NCBI RefSeq assembly: GCF_006345805.1
Contig: NC_043002.1
Span: 64,666,001 to 64,730,000 of the forward strand
Reading direction: 5' to 3'
DNA from: Octopus sinensis
Taxonomy: Eukaryota
DNA length: 64,000 bases
Shown: one piece after another, positions 1 through 13,087 of the stretch
Position numbering within the stretch: position 1 is the stretch's first letter
How the letters are laid out: each line of letters starts with the position of its first letter
The notes under the pieces: generated by a model
Database searches by the model: none
Told to the model about the DNA's origin: nothing
Seen by the model: the letters and a program-made list of their open reading frames with translations, nothing else
Translations under genes and position numbers: made by a program

Positions 1-873
1 TTTATCTAGTGTGATGTTGTTACTCTTAACTATTTTTCCTCTTTTCATGGTTACTTTGGCGCATTTTTCTAATCCAAATTTCATATCTATTTCTTTGGTA
101 AATCCATGAACTGTCTTTAATAGTGTTTCCAGCTGTTTGTCATTTGCAGCGTATAGTTTTAGGTCATCCTAAGGTGGCTGATCGTTTTGCCGTAACATTT
201 ATATCCGCATCCAGTTCTATTTAGCATATCAGATAGAGGTGACAGTGCCAAGCAGAAAAGGAGTGGAGAGAGCGTGTCTCCCTGGAATATTCCTCTTCTA
301 ATGGGGATGTCTTTGGTTTTCATGAGTCCCTCTTTTGTTTGGAGGTGTAGGACTGTTTGCCATTTATTCATAGAGTGCTCTATGAATTTTATGATTGTTG
401 GTGCTACTTTGTTAATGGCTAGTGTTTCGAGGATCCATGTTTGGGGGATGCTATCAAACGCCTTTTTGTAGTCAATCCAGGCCATACTGAGGCCTTTCTT
501 CTTTCTGTGGCTGTCTTCAGTTACGGCTTTATTAATCATTAGTTGATCTTTACAGCCATATGAGCCTTTGTGGCATCCTTTCTGCTCTTCTGGGAACAGT
601 TTGTTTTCGTCCAGGTGCTTGTTCAGCCTTTGCGATATCACTGCAGTAAATGCCTTGAACATAGTAGGGAGGCAGGTTATTGGTCTGTAGTTTTCTGGTT
701 TTGTTGTTTCATTTGATTTGGGAATTAAGATGGTTTTCCCCTTCGTGAGCCATTCAGGCATTGTCTCTGGCTCTGCTAGTATACTGTTAAAGTTTTCAGC
801 CATCTTTTTGTGCATTCCTGTTAGATATTTCAACCAGAAGTTGGGGATCTTGTCATGCCCAGGTGCCTTCCAG
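1..873 (-). mobile_element. R4/Dong-clade non-LTR retrotransposon, RT-domain fragment (5'-truncated, continues beyond window start)
   Basis: ORF 159..959(-) reads KAPGHDKIPNFWLK...ENYRPITCL...WIDYKKAFDS...RRGIFQGDTLSPLL. After a frameshift near 175 the frame resumes DDLKLYAANDKQLETLLKTVHGF...MKFGLEKCA; a small deletion has damaged the YxDD motif. The poly-Ile N-terminus is only the flanking (ATT)n. Confidence 0.9.
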
Positions 874-886
874 TTGCTTATTATTA

Positions 887-953
<67 letters not shown>

Positions 954-976
954 CATCATTATTATTATTATTATTA

Positions 977-1010
<34 letters not shown>

Positions 1011-1120
1011 ATTATTATTATTATTATTATTACTATTATTATCATCATCATCATCATCATCTTTATCATTTTATCATTCTTCTTCCAATTATTTTTGTTG
1101 TTGTTGTTATTGTTATTATT
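874..1120. repeat. (ATT)n/(ATC)n/(GTT)n compound microsatellite
   Basis: Directly visible; abuts the truncated 5' end of the Dong fragment. Confidence 0.95.
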
Positions 1121-1127
1121 CAGGTCA

Positions 1128-1215
1128 CGGGCATATGGCGTTGTAGGTAAGAGTGAGTGCTACTAAACCCAGGATTTCGAGTTCGATTCCAGGCATTGGC
1201 CTAAATAATAGTAGA

Positions 1216-1285
<70 letters not shown>

Positions 1286-1320
1286 GTAATAATAATAATA
1301 ATAACAAGAACAACAACAAC
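1128..1320 (+). mobile_element. tRNA-derived SINE-like head followed by (AAT)n tract
   Basis: A-box-like TGGCGTTGTAGG and B-box GTTCGATTCC (1181-1190). Aligns without gaps to 61243-61317. Followed by (AAT)n/(AAC)n. Confidence 0.7.
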
Positions 1321-1326
1321 AATATT

Positions 1327-1489
1327 GAAAAATATCTCAAGAATGAAAATTCAGTTTCGAGATTTCTCAAAGACACCTGATGAAGCCTGGAGGATATATC
1401 AGTCAAAAGGTTGTGTTAACAAGATGAAGACAAATATCCGTGAAATGTAAATAATGTACATAAATCTTCATCTCTTACATATAGAACTG
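1327..1489 (+). ncRNA. Hammerhead-like repeat, family H1 (degenerate copy)
   Basis: 1371-1417: AGACAC-CTGATGA-A-GCCTG-GAGGATATAT-CAGTC-AAAA-GG-TT-GTGTT. Flanks homologous to 61096-61240(-) and 61886-62020(+). Confidence 0.6.
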
Positions 1490-1999
1490 TATTACCTAAT
1501 TCCATATCAATAATGCTGTCAATCATTGATGATAATAGTCCATCTTTTACTCGTCTTTGTGAAAGGAAATTATTGATATTCCTCATTGAACGTTGGCCAA
1601 CATATTTGCCAGGAGTCAATCAGCGTAAGTAAACCTATATTTGAATTTATAGGGGCGGTGTTTTGGATAGATTTTGTAGAAGTATAATCGAGCTTGTACT
1701 TTTATTACCCAATTAATCTGCAGTACAATTCTACATTATATGCGCAATATTATCTGTTTTGTTTTTGGTCGGTGTTACCCATACATGCACTTAGACACAC
1801 TCAGTGACACACTACACACAGACCAACACACACTGACAATACATACATATATATATATACTTACACATCTGTATGTATGCATGCATGCTTCTGTTTGTTT
1901 GTGTATGTATGTAAGTATGTACGTATGTATGTATGTATGTATGTATGTATGTATGTATGTATGTATGTATGTATGTATGTATGTATAAAAGTAAATGCA

Positions 2000-2233
2000 C
2001 CCTTTTAAAGCCTAGCCGGGCTCATGGATCCGGTTTCTCGGTTTCAGTGGTGTATGTGTTCCGCAGCTGGACGAGACCATCGCAGCGTTACAAATTTTTG
2101 CCAGCTCAATGGACTGGAGCAACGTGAAATGAAGTGTTTTGTTCAAGAACACAACGCGTCACCCGGTCCAGGAATCGAAACCACAATCTTATGATCATGA
2201 TGCTGACACCCTAACCACTAAGCCACGCCCTCC
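2000..2233 (-). mobile_element. tRNA-derived CORE-type SINE (head 1 + tail X)
   Basis: Reverse complement gives a tRNA head (GGCTTAGTGGTTAGGG...GTTTCGATTCC) and a CORE-like block, both shared with 57381-57667; the 3' tail differs. Confidence 0.7.
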
Positions 2234-2257
2234 ACGTATGTATGTATGCATGTATGC

Positions 2258-2329
<72 letters not shown>

Positions 2330-3705
2330 GTATGTATGTATGTATCTGTGTATCTATGTATGCAGGTTTCTCCCGGTTCATGCTGGACAATTTTACCAAA
2401 CAATGACAACATCACTGACACGATCTCTGGCATTGGGATTCAATGCAACATTGTATATGCATCTCAATAAGTGCATCATTGTAAAATAGGTTAATATTTT
2501 CCAAACTTAATTCCAGTATACGTGTAGAAAAGATAAATAGGAAAGTCACGACCCGAACAAGAATAATGAATCCTTACATAACAATTTGAGAAAAAGAAAG
2601 AGAACGGTATGATGTTCAATTTTGGACGTTTTTTTCTTTGTTTTTTTTTGTTATGTGAGGCAATAAAAGAGAGACTCTTCTTTATCAGTAATCATGCAAT
2701 ATATTGATCAATTAATTATCAGTCGTTTTTAAATATTAAGGAGTAAGCATCGAATAACATGCTTTTCCATATTAACTTTCTGAAAATAAGAAGATTTATA
2801 ATGTTTAAAAGTCATTTTGCGAAATGGAATAGCAAGAGGGAAGCTACGGCGGTTAATATCTGTATATGGCGGTTCTTTATGAAGATGGGGCTAATTGTCC
2901 TGATGGAAAGAGTTGCCAAGTATGCTAGCTGGAAACGTATACCCGTCAAAACTAATATAATCAAACAACAATGATAAAAAAAGCAATTGTTATTCTATGC
3001 ATTAGTTTCTGAAGAGAAAGTATACTTAGCAATGTATATGAAGTCTATATAGCCATGAAGCTAAAGTCTACATCACCAATGAGAATGAAATGAATGTATA
3101 TGACCTATTATATCCTTTGATAATATTCGAGAAAATGTTCCTAGTAGAATACTTATATGCGATTATTCTATCGAAATTTATTCAGCTAATTCTGATTACA
3201 AAATGGGAAGTCTTTTATCATGGCTACCTAAATGACTCAACATATCCAAAACACGGTACCGTATTCATCCATTCCCAAATATAACAACTTTATCAGCTCA
3301 TAGGTACCCTACGCTTGTACGATATTGTGTGACGGATATACGAGGAAGGAAATTACCGTCGATCTTCACATGTATACATAAAAAGAAACCACTAAGATTT
3401 AGAGTAAATGTGGTACATTTTGGTGGTACACATCTGGCGGTCACAATCAGTATCTGATTAGCTCTGTAGTCGTCATATAGAGATGTTAATATTTTTTTAA
3501 GTGTAGCTGCGGTCCCGTCCATATTTTATCATTTCAGACAAAAAGAAACGTAAAAATGGAACTTCTAATATTTTAGTTTATGTAACAAATATTTTCCTCT
3601 ACCGGAGGCATTTTCCATGTATCTCCAGGTAGATGTGCCTTTATATTATTGCATGCAGAGTAACATGCTAACGAAAGTGTGTGTGTGTGTGTGTTTTGTG
3701 GTGTG

Positions 3706-3783
<78 letters not shown>

Positions 3784-3880
3784 GTGTGTGTCTGTGTGTG
3801 TGTCTGTGTGTTCTATGCATTTATACATGTATTAGCTGATCCGAAATTTAATTAGATTCCAACGTATATATATATATGTA

Positions 3881-3962
<82 letters not shown>

Positions 3963-4067
3963 TGTACGTGTGTGTGTATTATATATATATATATATATAT
4001 CTATTTGTGTATATATTTATATATATATACATATATATGTATATACTTATATATGTATATATATATT

Positions 4068-4119
<52 letters not shown>

Positions 4120-4777
4120 TATACATACATACACATATGTTTGTGTGTTGCGTGTCTGTGTGTGTATGTATGCATATATATTGGAAGTGTGTTCGTCATG
4201 AGATAATTAATCTCCCGTTCCGTTTCATAAGTTTCAAGAATCCACCATATTTCCCACGTTGATCCTTAATATGAAATTAGATTCTACTTAATCCTTACAA
4301 ATTGATAATAAATATTTTTTTTTCTTCCTGACATCATTAAATTAGTATTAATTAATACGCGAGATGAAAGGATCTTATTAAACATCATATATATTTTTTT
4401 ATTTCATTCAGTGGCCTTGATCTTTGTCGTTACTCGCGATATTCATCTGGGTTTCAATATTATTAATCACTTTTATCATCAGCATACACACCGTCAGCGT
4501 CCCCATCCACACAAGGATTACAAGCAACATCCTCAGTAATAGAGGAAGCTGATCTGTAGCTCTTTCTTAGAATCTTGACGTTGTCATTGTTTCCCAGATT
4601 CTTTTCATTCGCCAGCACCGCACTGCTATCGGTTTCGTTAGTTCCAAGTTTTTGACATTATTACCTTTATTTTATGCTATTTTTTGCATAAATATTTGTT
4701 GCGTTATTCAATTGTTTTCGTGTGGATCAACGTAATGTTTCAAAGATCCATTGTACCTTATGTTTATCCCCAGGTTG

Positions 4778-4819
<42 letters not shown>

Positions 4820-4857
4820 TACACACATACATACACACACACACGCATACACACCAC

Positions 4858-4896
<39 letters not shown>

Positions 4897-5043
4897 TGAG
4901 AGATTATATATAGATAGATAGATAGATAGGCAAATAGATACATATACTGATTCTTATGTATATATATATATATATTTATATATGTGTATGTATATATATG
5001 TATTCTTATACATGTATGTATGTATGCATATATATATATATAT

Positions 5044-5090
<47 letters not shown>

Positions 5091-5091
<1 letters not shown>

Positions 5092-5224
5092 AATTCAGGT
5101 ACCTTAGATATACCACCACGCGGAATAGCAGACAAAACCTGATTCTAAAACCACATGTGGTTTTAGAGTCAGGTTTTGTCTGCTATTGTCTGCGTGGTGG
5201 TATCTCTAAGGTACCCTCAATTAT
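5091..5224. repeat. Near-perfect loopless palindrome (~130 bp), possible hairpin MITE
   Basis: Arms centred on CCACA|TGTGG (5155/5156). GGTACC...GGTACC span 5098-5215 with two substitutions and one small bulge. Confidence 0.9.
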
Positions 5225-5311
5225 AATTTAAATAATAATTATTACCTTTGAAGGTTTTATTCCCATGCTGGCCACATGATAAAATCGATATTTAAGTAAC
5301 GATCTTATCCT

Positions 5312-5502
<191 letters not shown>

Positions 5503-5599
5503 TATTATATAATATACATATATATATACATATATAATTATAACACTACAATATATAATCTAGCGTACATATATGAATATAAATATAGGCACTACACAC

Positions 5600-5750
5600 T
5601 TGCCCATCTTTCATTTCTCATACGACTTTTAATATTTTCATCTTTTCTATTCGCCATTTCTTCCCACTTCCTCATCTTATGCTTGTTCTTCTTTTCCCTT
5701 GTTATTCTTACCCTTGTACTTTTCTTCTTCTTCTTCTTCTTCTTCTTCTT

Positions 5751-5781
<31 letters not shown>

Positions 5782-6420
5782 TTCTTATTCTCCCTCTTCC
5801 CCCTTCTCCTTCTTGACCACCCTCTCCTCCCTCTTCTTTTTCTTTTTCTTTTTCTTATCTACTTCATCTTCCTCTTCTCCTTCTTCGCCTCCTTTTTCTT
5901 CTTCATCATCATCTTCTTCTTCTTCTTTTCCCCCTCCTCCTTTTATTTGGCTACGTCCCTCTACTATTTCTTCTTCAACATTTTTGTCTTCTCTTGCATA
6001 ACACCATCTACCCATTCTTTTTTTTCTTCTTCTTCTGCACCACCATCACCATCAACATTATCTTATCAGCAGCAGTAGCAGCGGCAACAGCAGCAACTCC
6101 TTGAGCTGCTGATTTTCCCTTGTCTTCTTTATCTTCTTATCATTCCTCCTCATCGTGCGTTTCGTTGTTGTCTTCTGTGAATTCTTGATTAACATCAACG
6201 GTGTCATGAAAATCGTAATCTATTCCAGTGTCGGCAACATTACCGCCACCACTAGCACTACCGCCAGAACCATCATCATCATCGTCGTCATCATCATTAT
6301 CTTCTTCACCATCATCATCATCATCACAAGCAACATGATTCTTCGCACCATTCCTAATGTTAACATTTATTGTAACAAACTTACCCTTGTCGTTTGCGTC
6401 ATCAGTCCATCATTACGATG
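5600..6420. repeat. Pyrimidine-rich low-complexity tract: (TTC)n, (CTT/CTC)n, (CAT)n
   Basis: Directly visible; gives only homopolymeric ORFs. Confidence 0.85.
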
Positions 6421-6574
6421 ACAGTGTTGTTTTGATGATCAGATGGTATGATAGCAATTCATGAAAGTCATCATCAGCGGCATCACCGTCATTGTCCTCA
6501 TCGTCAGCATCATCATTACCGTCTTCAAGAAGTTTAGTCGAACGAATAGACTGAGTTAATGTTTTCTTTCTAAG

Positions 6575-6938
6575 TGTATCGGTCCTTTTTGCCGAAATTT
6601 TAAATTGCAGTGGCGTAAACATACCAGCACCGGATGTCACGTGGTCGTACAAGACAAATACATCCACCCACAAACACCTGTCTATGCATATATAAGTGTG
6701 TGTGTGTGTGTGTGTGTATGTGTGTCTGTGTTTGTGTGTGTGCGTGTGTGTGTATGTTTGCATGCATGTATATCACAGCAGACTTTCAGTTTCCGTAAAA
6801 CCAAATCCACTCACCAGGCTTCGGTATGCCAGAGGCTATAATAAAAGATACTAGCTTTAAATTTACCATATCGATGGACTGAACTCTGGACCGTGTGGTT
6901 GGGATGCAAACTTCTTACCACACAGCTACGCCTGCACC
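6575..6938 (-). mobile_element. SINE family B (tRNA head, CORE-like block, internal dinucleotide microsatellite), decayed
   Basis: Reverse complement matches head GGTGCAGGCGTAGCTGTGTGGTAAG and the GGAAACTGAAAG block of the copies at 29297-30088. Confidence 0.7.
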
Positions 6939-6949
6939 ATTGTGTCAAT

Positions 6950-7800
6950 AATCATCACCATCTCTCATCAAATTGATTATCCTTGCAAACAGCATGTATT
7001 TCTTGCCGTGAACACATACCATACTCTTCACCGCCATTTCTTCTTTCTATAGCTTATCATTTTGCTGATCTTTACTATAATTCTTCATCAGATTTCTTCT
7101 TTCGCTTCTTCAATTTTCTGTTGCTTTCCTTGTTCTTCCATTGCTTATGCATTTTAAATTTCTCTATTTCTTCCACCTTTCTAATTTTGTTTATTCCCTT
7201 CTTCCTCCTTCTGATCATCCCTTCTCTTCTCTTTTTTCTTTCACCCCCTGCTCGTTATCTTTTTTCCCTATTTTCCTTCCTCTTTTCCCTATGCTCTTTC
7301 CCACATTCAGCTTCTGTACTTTCTCTATCATCATCTACTTCACATTGTCCATATTTTTTATCTTTTCTGATTCTTCTTTTCCCTTCATTCATTTTCTACC
7401 AATCTTCTTCTACATCATCTCTTTCTTCTCCCTCTCCTCTTCCACATTTTCTATTTTCCATTCTACTTCTTCATATTCTACTACTTGTTCTTCGTCATTT
7501 CCTTCCTCCTTCTTGTCTGTAATTATAATCCACTACATCTTATTCAACAGCACCATTACTTCTGTCTTCCTCTTGTTCTCGCCTTATTCCTTCTAATTTT
7601 TATATCTATTTTTCTTTTATTCCCCCCTCCTCATCCTAATCTTCCTGTTCTTGTGGTGGCGTTTTTCTACTTTTCCTCGTCTTCTACTCACTTGTCTGCT
7701 GTTTCCAGGTTCTTATTCCTTTTTCTTTGCTATCTTATTATATTTATTTCCCCTCATTCTCACCACACAATCTATCAAATCCCTTGTGTACCATGAATGA
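6950..7800. repeat. Degenerate T/C-rich low-complexity region
   Basis: About 850 bp of strongly pyrimidine-biased sequence with no stable period. Confidence 0.75.
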
Positions 7801-7979
7801 AATTATGCTAACCATTAATTTTATCTGGTATCAAACATATCATGTTGCTGTTGCTGCGGGGGAAATGTCAAACATAAAACATAAACGCAAGCACGTTTAC
7901 AAACTACACACATAACCAGACTCTTTCTCACACAGATAAGCAGACATACGAACGCACTCGCATACATACATATATATAT

Positions 7980-8093
<114 letters not shown>

Positions 8094-8154
8094 TATATAT
8101 ACATGTACAGTCATATACATACACATATATTGATATTTATAAATATTTACATGC

Positions 8155-8185
<31 letters not shown>

Positions 8186-9206
8186 TAACACATATTTATA
8201 TACACATAAATAAATATACATATATATATATGCATATATATATATATGCATATATATATATATATATATATAAATATATGCTCGTATACATGCATACCTA
8301 CATACATACATGTATATGACTTGTGTCTGTGCGAGTTTATGATATTTTTAAATAATATTTTATTTAAATTTTCTTCTCGTATTTGCATTTGTTTAATTAT
8401 TGTGCGTTATTAATTTTCTAATTTTAATTTACTTTTATTTGCAATTATTTATTACTTTGATGTTTCGTTTGAATATTGTATTTTTATTTTCATTTTTTTG
8501 TCTACTTTTGTATAATTAATTTAACATTTGCAAAATTTTAAAAAAATACATATATAAACTTCTAAAAAATTGAAATGAGACCAAGCTGTTTCCATTTTGT
8601 AATTATTTTCGTATTTTGAGAGATGAATGCTTTTTTTAAAAAAATATTTTGTTGGATTTGTTGTATTTACAGGGAATATTTTCATATTCTTTCACAGATA
8701 GCGTCTGAAGTTGCTCACGAGAGTTCCGCCTACACAGCAGGTGTATAGAAGCAGCTCTGACGAACTCCAAGAAGTATAAAACGCAACAGATAGGGAACAA
8801 AAGAAAACTACAAACACCAAAAGACGTGCGAAGATTAAAATGCAGATAAGATGATGGATTTTCCGTCCGACATTATCATAACGTTATTTTTTCATTCAAT
8901 CGATCAGTAAAATCTGTTTGATATACCAACATGAAAGAACTATCGCATGTCTTTCGATCTTTTCTCCTTTTTTCATTCTTTCTCATTGCAGCCATTTTTA
9001 CATGGGTATTTTATATATTTCTTTTTTGTTCCATTCTTTGTTTATATAGTTTTTTCTTCTATAGAATCGGCTATTTGTAGCCGACCAAATTTTCTCATTC
9101 AATTTCTTTCACACTTCTTTTGTAAATTACTTTGTTTTCATTACTTCAGCTTTTTAAGTTTTCCCTTAAGCATTTATTTTCATATTTTCTTTCTCATTTA
9201 AGTCTT

Positions 9207-9213
9207 ATTATTA

Positions 9214-9303
<90 letters not shown>

Positions 9304-9545
9304 TAACATCATCATCGTCGTCGTCGTCGTTGTTTGTGCTACTGTTGTTGTTGTTGTTGTTGTTATTATCATTATTATTATTATTATTATCATTATTGTT
9401 ATTATTATTATTATTATTATTATTAATATCATCATCATCATCATCATCGTCATCATCATCATCGCCATTCCCATTATCATCTTTGCCATCATCATCGTCG
9501 TCATTGTTGTCCGCGTCTTCGTCATCGTCATCATCATCGTATCTC
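9207..9545. repeat. Compound trinucleotide microsatellite ATT-ATC-GTC-GTT-ATT-ATC
   Basis: Directly visible. Confidence 0.95.
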
Positions 9546-9857
9546 ATTTGATATCCTATAATGTGATAATATCATATTGTCCAATGTCATGTCTTTCTTA
9601 AACATTTTCAGTACAACACTGGATCTTGTTACTGAGCACTGGTGAATGAAAATTATATTCTTTCGGATATCTAGTAACTATTACATTGAAAATTAATATT
9701 TAGCATGTCTTCAGCTACACAATGCTCCTTACCAGATGGCTAATGCGATTGGTGGGATTTGTAAATCTAGAACAAATTATGCGCAGAAACCCTTTTTTAT
9801 ATTTTTTGGTTAAATCAGGTATCGGAAAATGTACGTTTTTTATTTCTTTTATACATT

Positions 9858-10240
9858 TATTTGTTTCAGTCATTTGATTGAGGCGATGCTGCAGCACCGC
9901 CTTTAGTTGAGAAAATCAAACACAGGACTTATTTTTGGAAAGCCTTGTACTTATTCTATCGTTCTCTCTTGCCGAACCGCTAGCTGACGGGGACGTAGAC
10001 ACACCAGCATCGGTTGTCAAGCGATATTGGGGGAATAAACACAGACACACAAACATATACGCACACACACACACATATATATACATATATATACGACGGG
10101 TTTCTTTCAGTTTCCATCGACAAAATCCACTCACATGGCTGTGGTCTTCCTGACGCTATAGTAGAAGACACTTATCCAAGTTGCCACGCAGTGGGAATGT
10201 ACCCGGAACCATGTGATTGGTAAGCAAGCTACGTACCATA
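9858..10240 (-). mobile_element. SINE family B, near full length
   Basis: Tail (TTTCAGTCATTTGA...CAGCACCGCCTTTAG), internal (CA)/(TA) tract and head are all present in reverse orientation. Confidence 0.85.
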
Positions 10241-11117
10241 TAGTGAAGTCTTTAGATAATTTCTAGCCTGGCAAAGATAACGTGAGGCACTATCTGCCCG
10301 GAATAAACCTTACAAGAGCGGAAATAATGTCGTCGGGAAAACGCCTGAGAATAGTACAACGTGAAGAAATAATAATGCATAAAATAGAGCAGTAGTAAAA
10401 TTTCCTTGCATTGCTAACTTGAGATATGTCGACAGTTGTTGTCGCGTGTAAGGTGAAACTGACCATCGTGAGGATCAAGTGTGCCATCAGAATTTGAAAC
10501 AGCTAGGCAACCAGTGTTCCTCAGGTTACTGGAGCCGAGTTCTGTGAAAGTGAGCCAAATATGTTAATACTCTTCATCCCACAAATTTATGATTATGTTA
10601 TTAGGGGGTCAACAAAATCAACCCGCAGGCATACATCCATTTAAATTAAACAGGTGATAAATTCTTGAAGAATATAAAATCTTATGTTTGCTATCTCTTG
10701 AGATGTTTTCTAAAACGAGGCACAGTGGGACTGATAGACTGATAAACCTCGGCTACTTTCGGAGATTAAACTAGTTCCGCGCAAACACGGCCAGCTTCTT
10801 CAGAGCATATTGCCGAAAGAGATTGGGCACAAACAGCACGAGGAAAAGTTGAGGCAAAGAAAAATCAACGAACAAAATGAAGTCACTTAAACGAAAGTAC
10901 AAACCAGAAAAGGGTATAAATATACAGGGAAAAAGTCAAAAAACAAAGAAGAGTACAATGCAGCACAACACCATGAATTAAAGATAAAAACAAATGCAAA
11001 TATGCCGTTTTGTTTGACAGACAAGACGTAAATTTAGAACGCATATTCATTAAAAACAATAACAAACACAACGTCCAGCTCGTGTGCAAGGATGATTTTT
11101 GATGTTTTACTTTTTGT

Positions 11118-11148
<31 letters not shown>

Positions 11149-11437
11149 CTGTACGCGTGCCTTTCTATCTCTGTTTGTGCACGTTTGCGTGCTTGTACGT
11201 GAGTGTGTTCCCGTTGCATGCGTGTGTGTGTATGTGTGATGAAATATTGGTCACTTCTGTATATTAAATTGAACTTTTATTTGTTTGTTGTTCATTTTGA
11301 TATTTATCTTCATCGACGTTCTCATTTCTGTGCTTCTTGGTATTTTAATGTAATCTGGTACACATTTCATTCTAGTTCATTACACATGATATTTGGGATT
11401 TTAAGCGCATACATATATATGCGCGTGTGTGTGAGAG

Positions 11438-11494
<57 letters not shown>

Positions 11495-11782
11495 CAGTGT
11501 GTGCGCGTATCTTTCTGTTTGTTTCTGTCTGTCTGTATGTGAGTATGTGTGTGATGGTGTATTTTGATATAGTTCACTTCTCATCAGGAATTAACTACAG
11601 CAGTACTACACATTCCCGCTAATGTCTTGTCCTAAGGTAAGAATTACTATTCCCTTATTTATTCGACTTCTGAATATCCTATCTGGTGCGTGCGGATGTA
11701 TGTGTGTGCATATGCGTATTATTCGCATGTCCGTCTATTTATATATATAAATGTATTATTCTCATGTCCCTCTCTATATATA

Positions 11783-12000
11783 CATAAATGGAGTCTGGAC
11801 AGATTTCTTCAACGAATACCAGATAAGCCACCCATACCTGGATACAACTCACTCTACAAGAACTCCCTACTTGAATGGACCATAAACAAAACTTGAATTA
11901 AACAGGATTTAGATAATCCTATCAGGTGGTGCTATTAAGTTAGACATGGCCTGGACCAAATTTTGGTCGAAATATATCTAACTTTTATCTAAGTTCTAAG
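11783..12000 (+). mobile_element. 3' end of CR1/L2/Jockey-group LINE
   Basis: Encodes SLDRFLQRIPDKPPIPGYNSLYKNSLLEW*, homologous to the C-terminus at ~39080-39190. A 32-nt 3'UTR block is identical to 39208-39239. Confidence 0.85.
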
Positions 12001-12010
12001 TTTTATATAT

Positions 12011-13075
12011 ATACTAGCAGTATAACCCGGCCTTGCCTGGGATTATTAAGCTAATCAAGTTCTTTATTTCAAACCAAACTAAGTAATATCGACGTCAAAT
12101 TTGAGCAAAATCCGTTGAAATTGGTTATATTATATATGAATTATATATATTATATATATATAACATAATATAATGTAATATAAATGTATATGGGCAACAG
12201 ACACGAACACATATGTACATACGTACACCTATTGCATGTTTTGTGCATGTTCATAAACAGAAATGAATGGGAAAATGTTGTTAAATTTGAAGATTAACAC
12301 TCGCACGATTTTTACTAAGAAAAATAATCGTTTTTTTTTTATTGGAATCAACTACTCTGGCCTCCTAATATGCTACAAAAACCTTTTGTGGTCCATGAAA
12401 CTGTGCTGGAAGCATCGGAAATTGTACCCATTTATATTGTGCAATTCACTGACAAATTGCTACTCACCTCTTTGTTTCTTTGTTGTTAAATAAATGGATT
12501 GTCAACAAAACACATTTTTACTCGGCGTAAAATAAAAACAAAACTCTTTCGCACCCAAAGTAATGTGTGTGAGAGAGAGGAGGAGAAAGATGAACGATTT
12601 AAAATAAATAAATAAATGATTTAAAATAAATATATTGTAATTGTTGTGTGAGAAAGTATATATACTAAGATTATAAAATATAGTGTCTTTCAAAAACAAC
12701 CTGAATTTGAACATTATATCTCGTGTTTAAGAAAAGACAAAACGTTTTACATTTTATATTTTATGAACGTCGTCACTTACTCTCTCTCTCTCCCTCTCCC
12801 ACTTTGTCTTTCCCGTGAAACTCTCTGCTTCATTCCACTTTTCTTTATCTTGATTTTTTTTTGACGCCGTCAAAAAGCTATTTCTGAAAATAGATTTTTA
12901 CCGCTATCCGCGAATAACTCGGTAAAAAAAATAAGTTGACAAAACCCAGATAGGATGTTGACGAATGTCCTCCTAAAATTTGAGCGAAATGCGTGCTAAT
13001 TTGTGGATGTGCATAAACTACAATCACGTACACACACACACACATCTTGCCGTATATATATACAGATATATATAA
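12011..13075 (+). mobile_element. Probable non-autonomous Helitron-like element(s)
   Basis: Starts ACTAGC...CCCGGCCTTGCCTGGG. Contains AAATTTGAGC(A/G)AAAT(C/G)CGT blocks. Ends in a (CA)n tract plus TATATATACAGAT. This architecture is typical of small Helitron derivatives; boundaries uncertain. Confidence 0.4.
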
Positions 13076-13087
13076 ATATATATGTAT

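Noticed and set aside
1128-1204. Functional tRNA gene (also the other SINE heads)
   Set aside because: A/B boxes are present, but I could not form a proper acceptor stem, and each head runs into a repeat tail or SINE body.
2340-3660. Possible exons or pseudogene (e.g. [11 protein letters not shown]..., LYEDGANCPDGKSCQVC, ORF 3298..3522)
   Set aside because: Short protein-like frames occur on both strands, with stops, no consistent splice pattern and no motif I recognise. BLASTX would be needed.
4465-4650. About 60-codon minus-strand open frame (LGTNETDSS...DDKSD*)
   Set aside because: Two in-frame stops lie directly upstream, and there is no start codon or usable splice acceptor.
8698-8790. 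Small exon (TTTCACAG|IASEVAHESSAYTA) or hammerhead (CTGACGA at ~8757)
   Set aside because: The donor is weak (GTGTAT). The hammerhead lacks GAAA and stem I pairing.
10260-10880. Possible decayed transposase
   Set aside because: Mixed-composition unique sequence, but every frame has multiple stops and there is no diagnostic motif.
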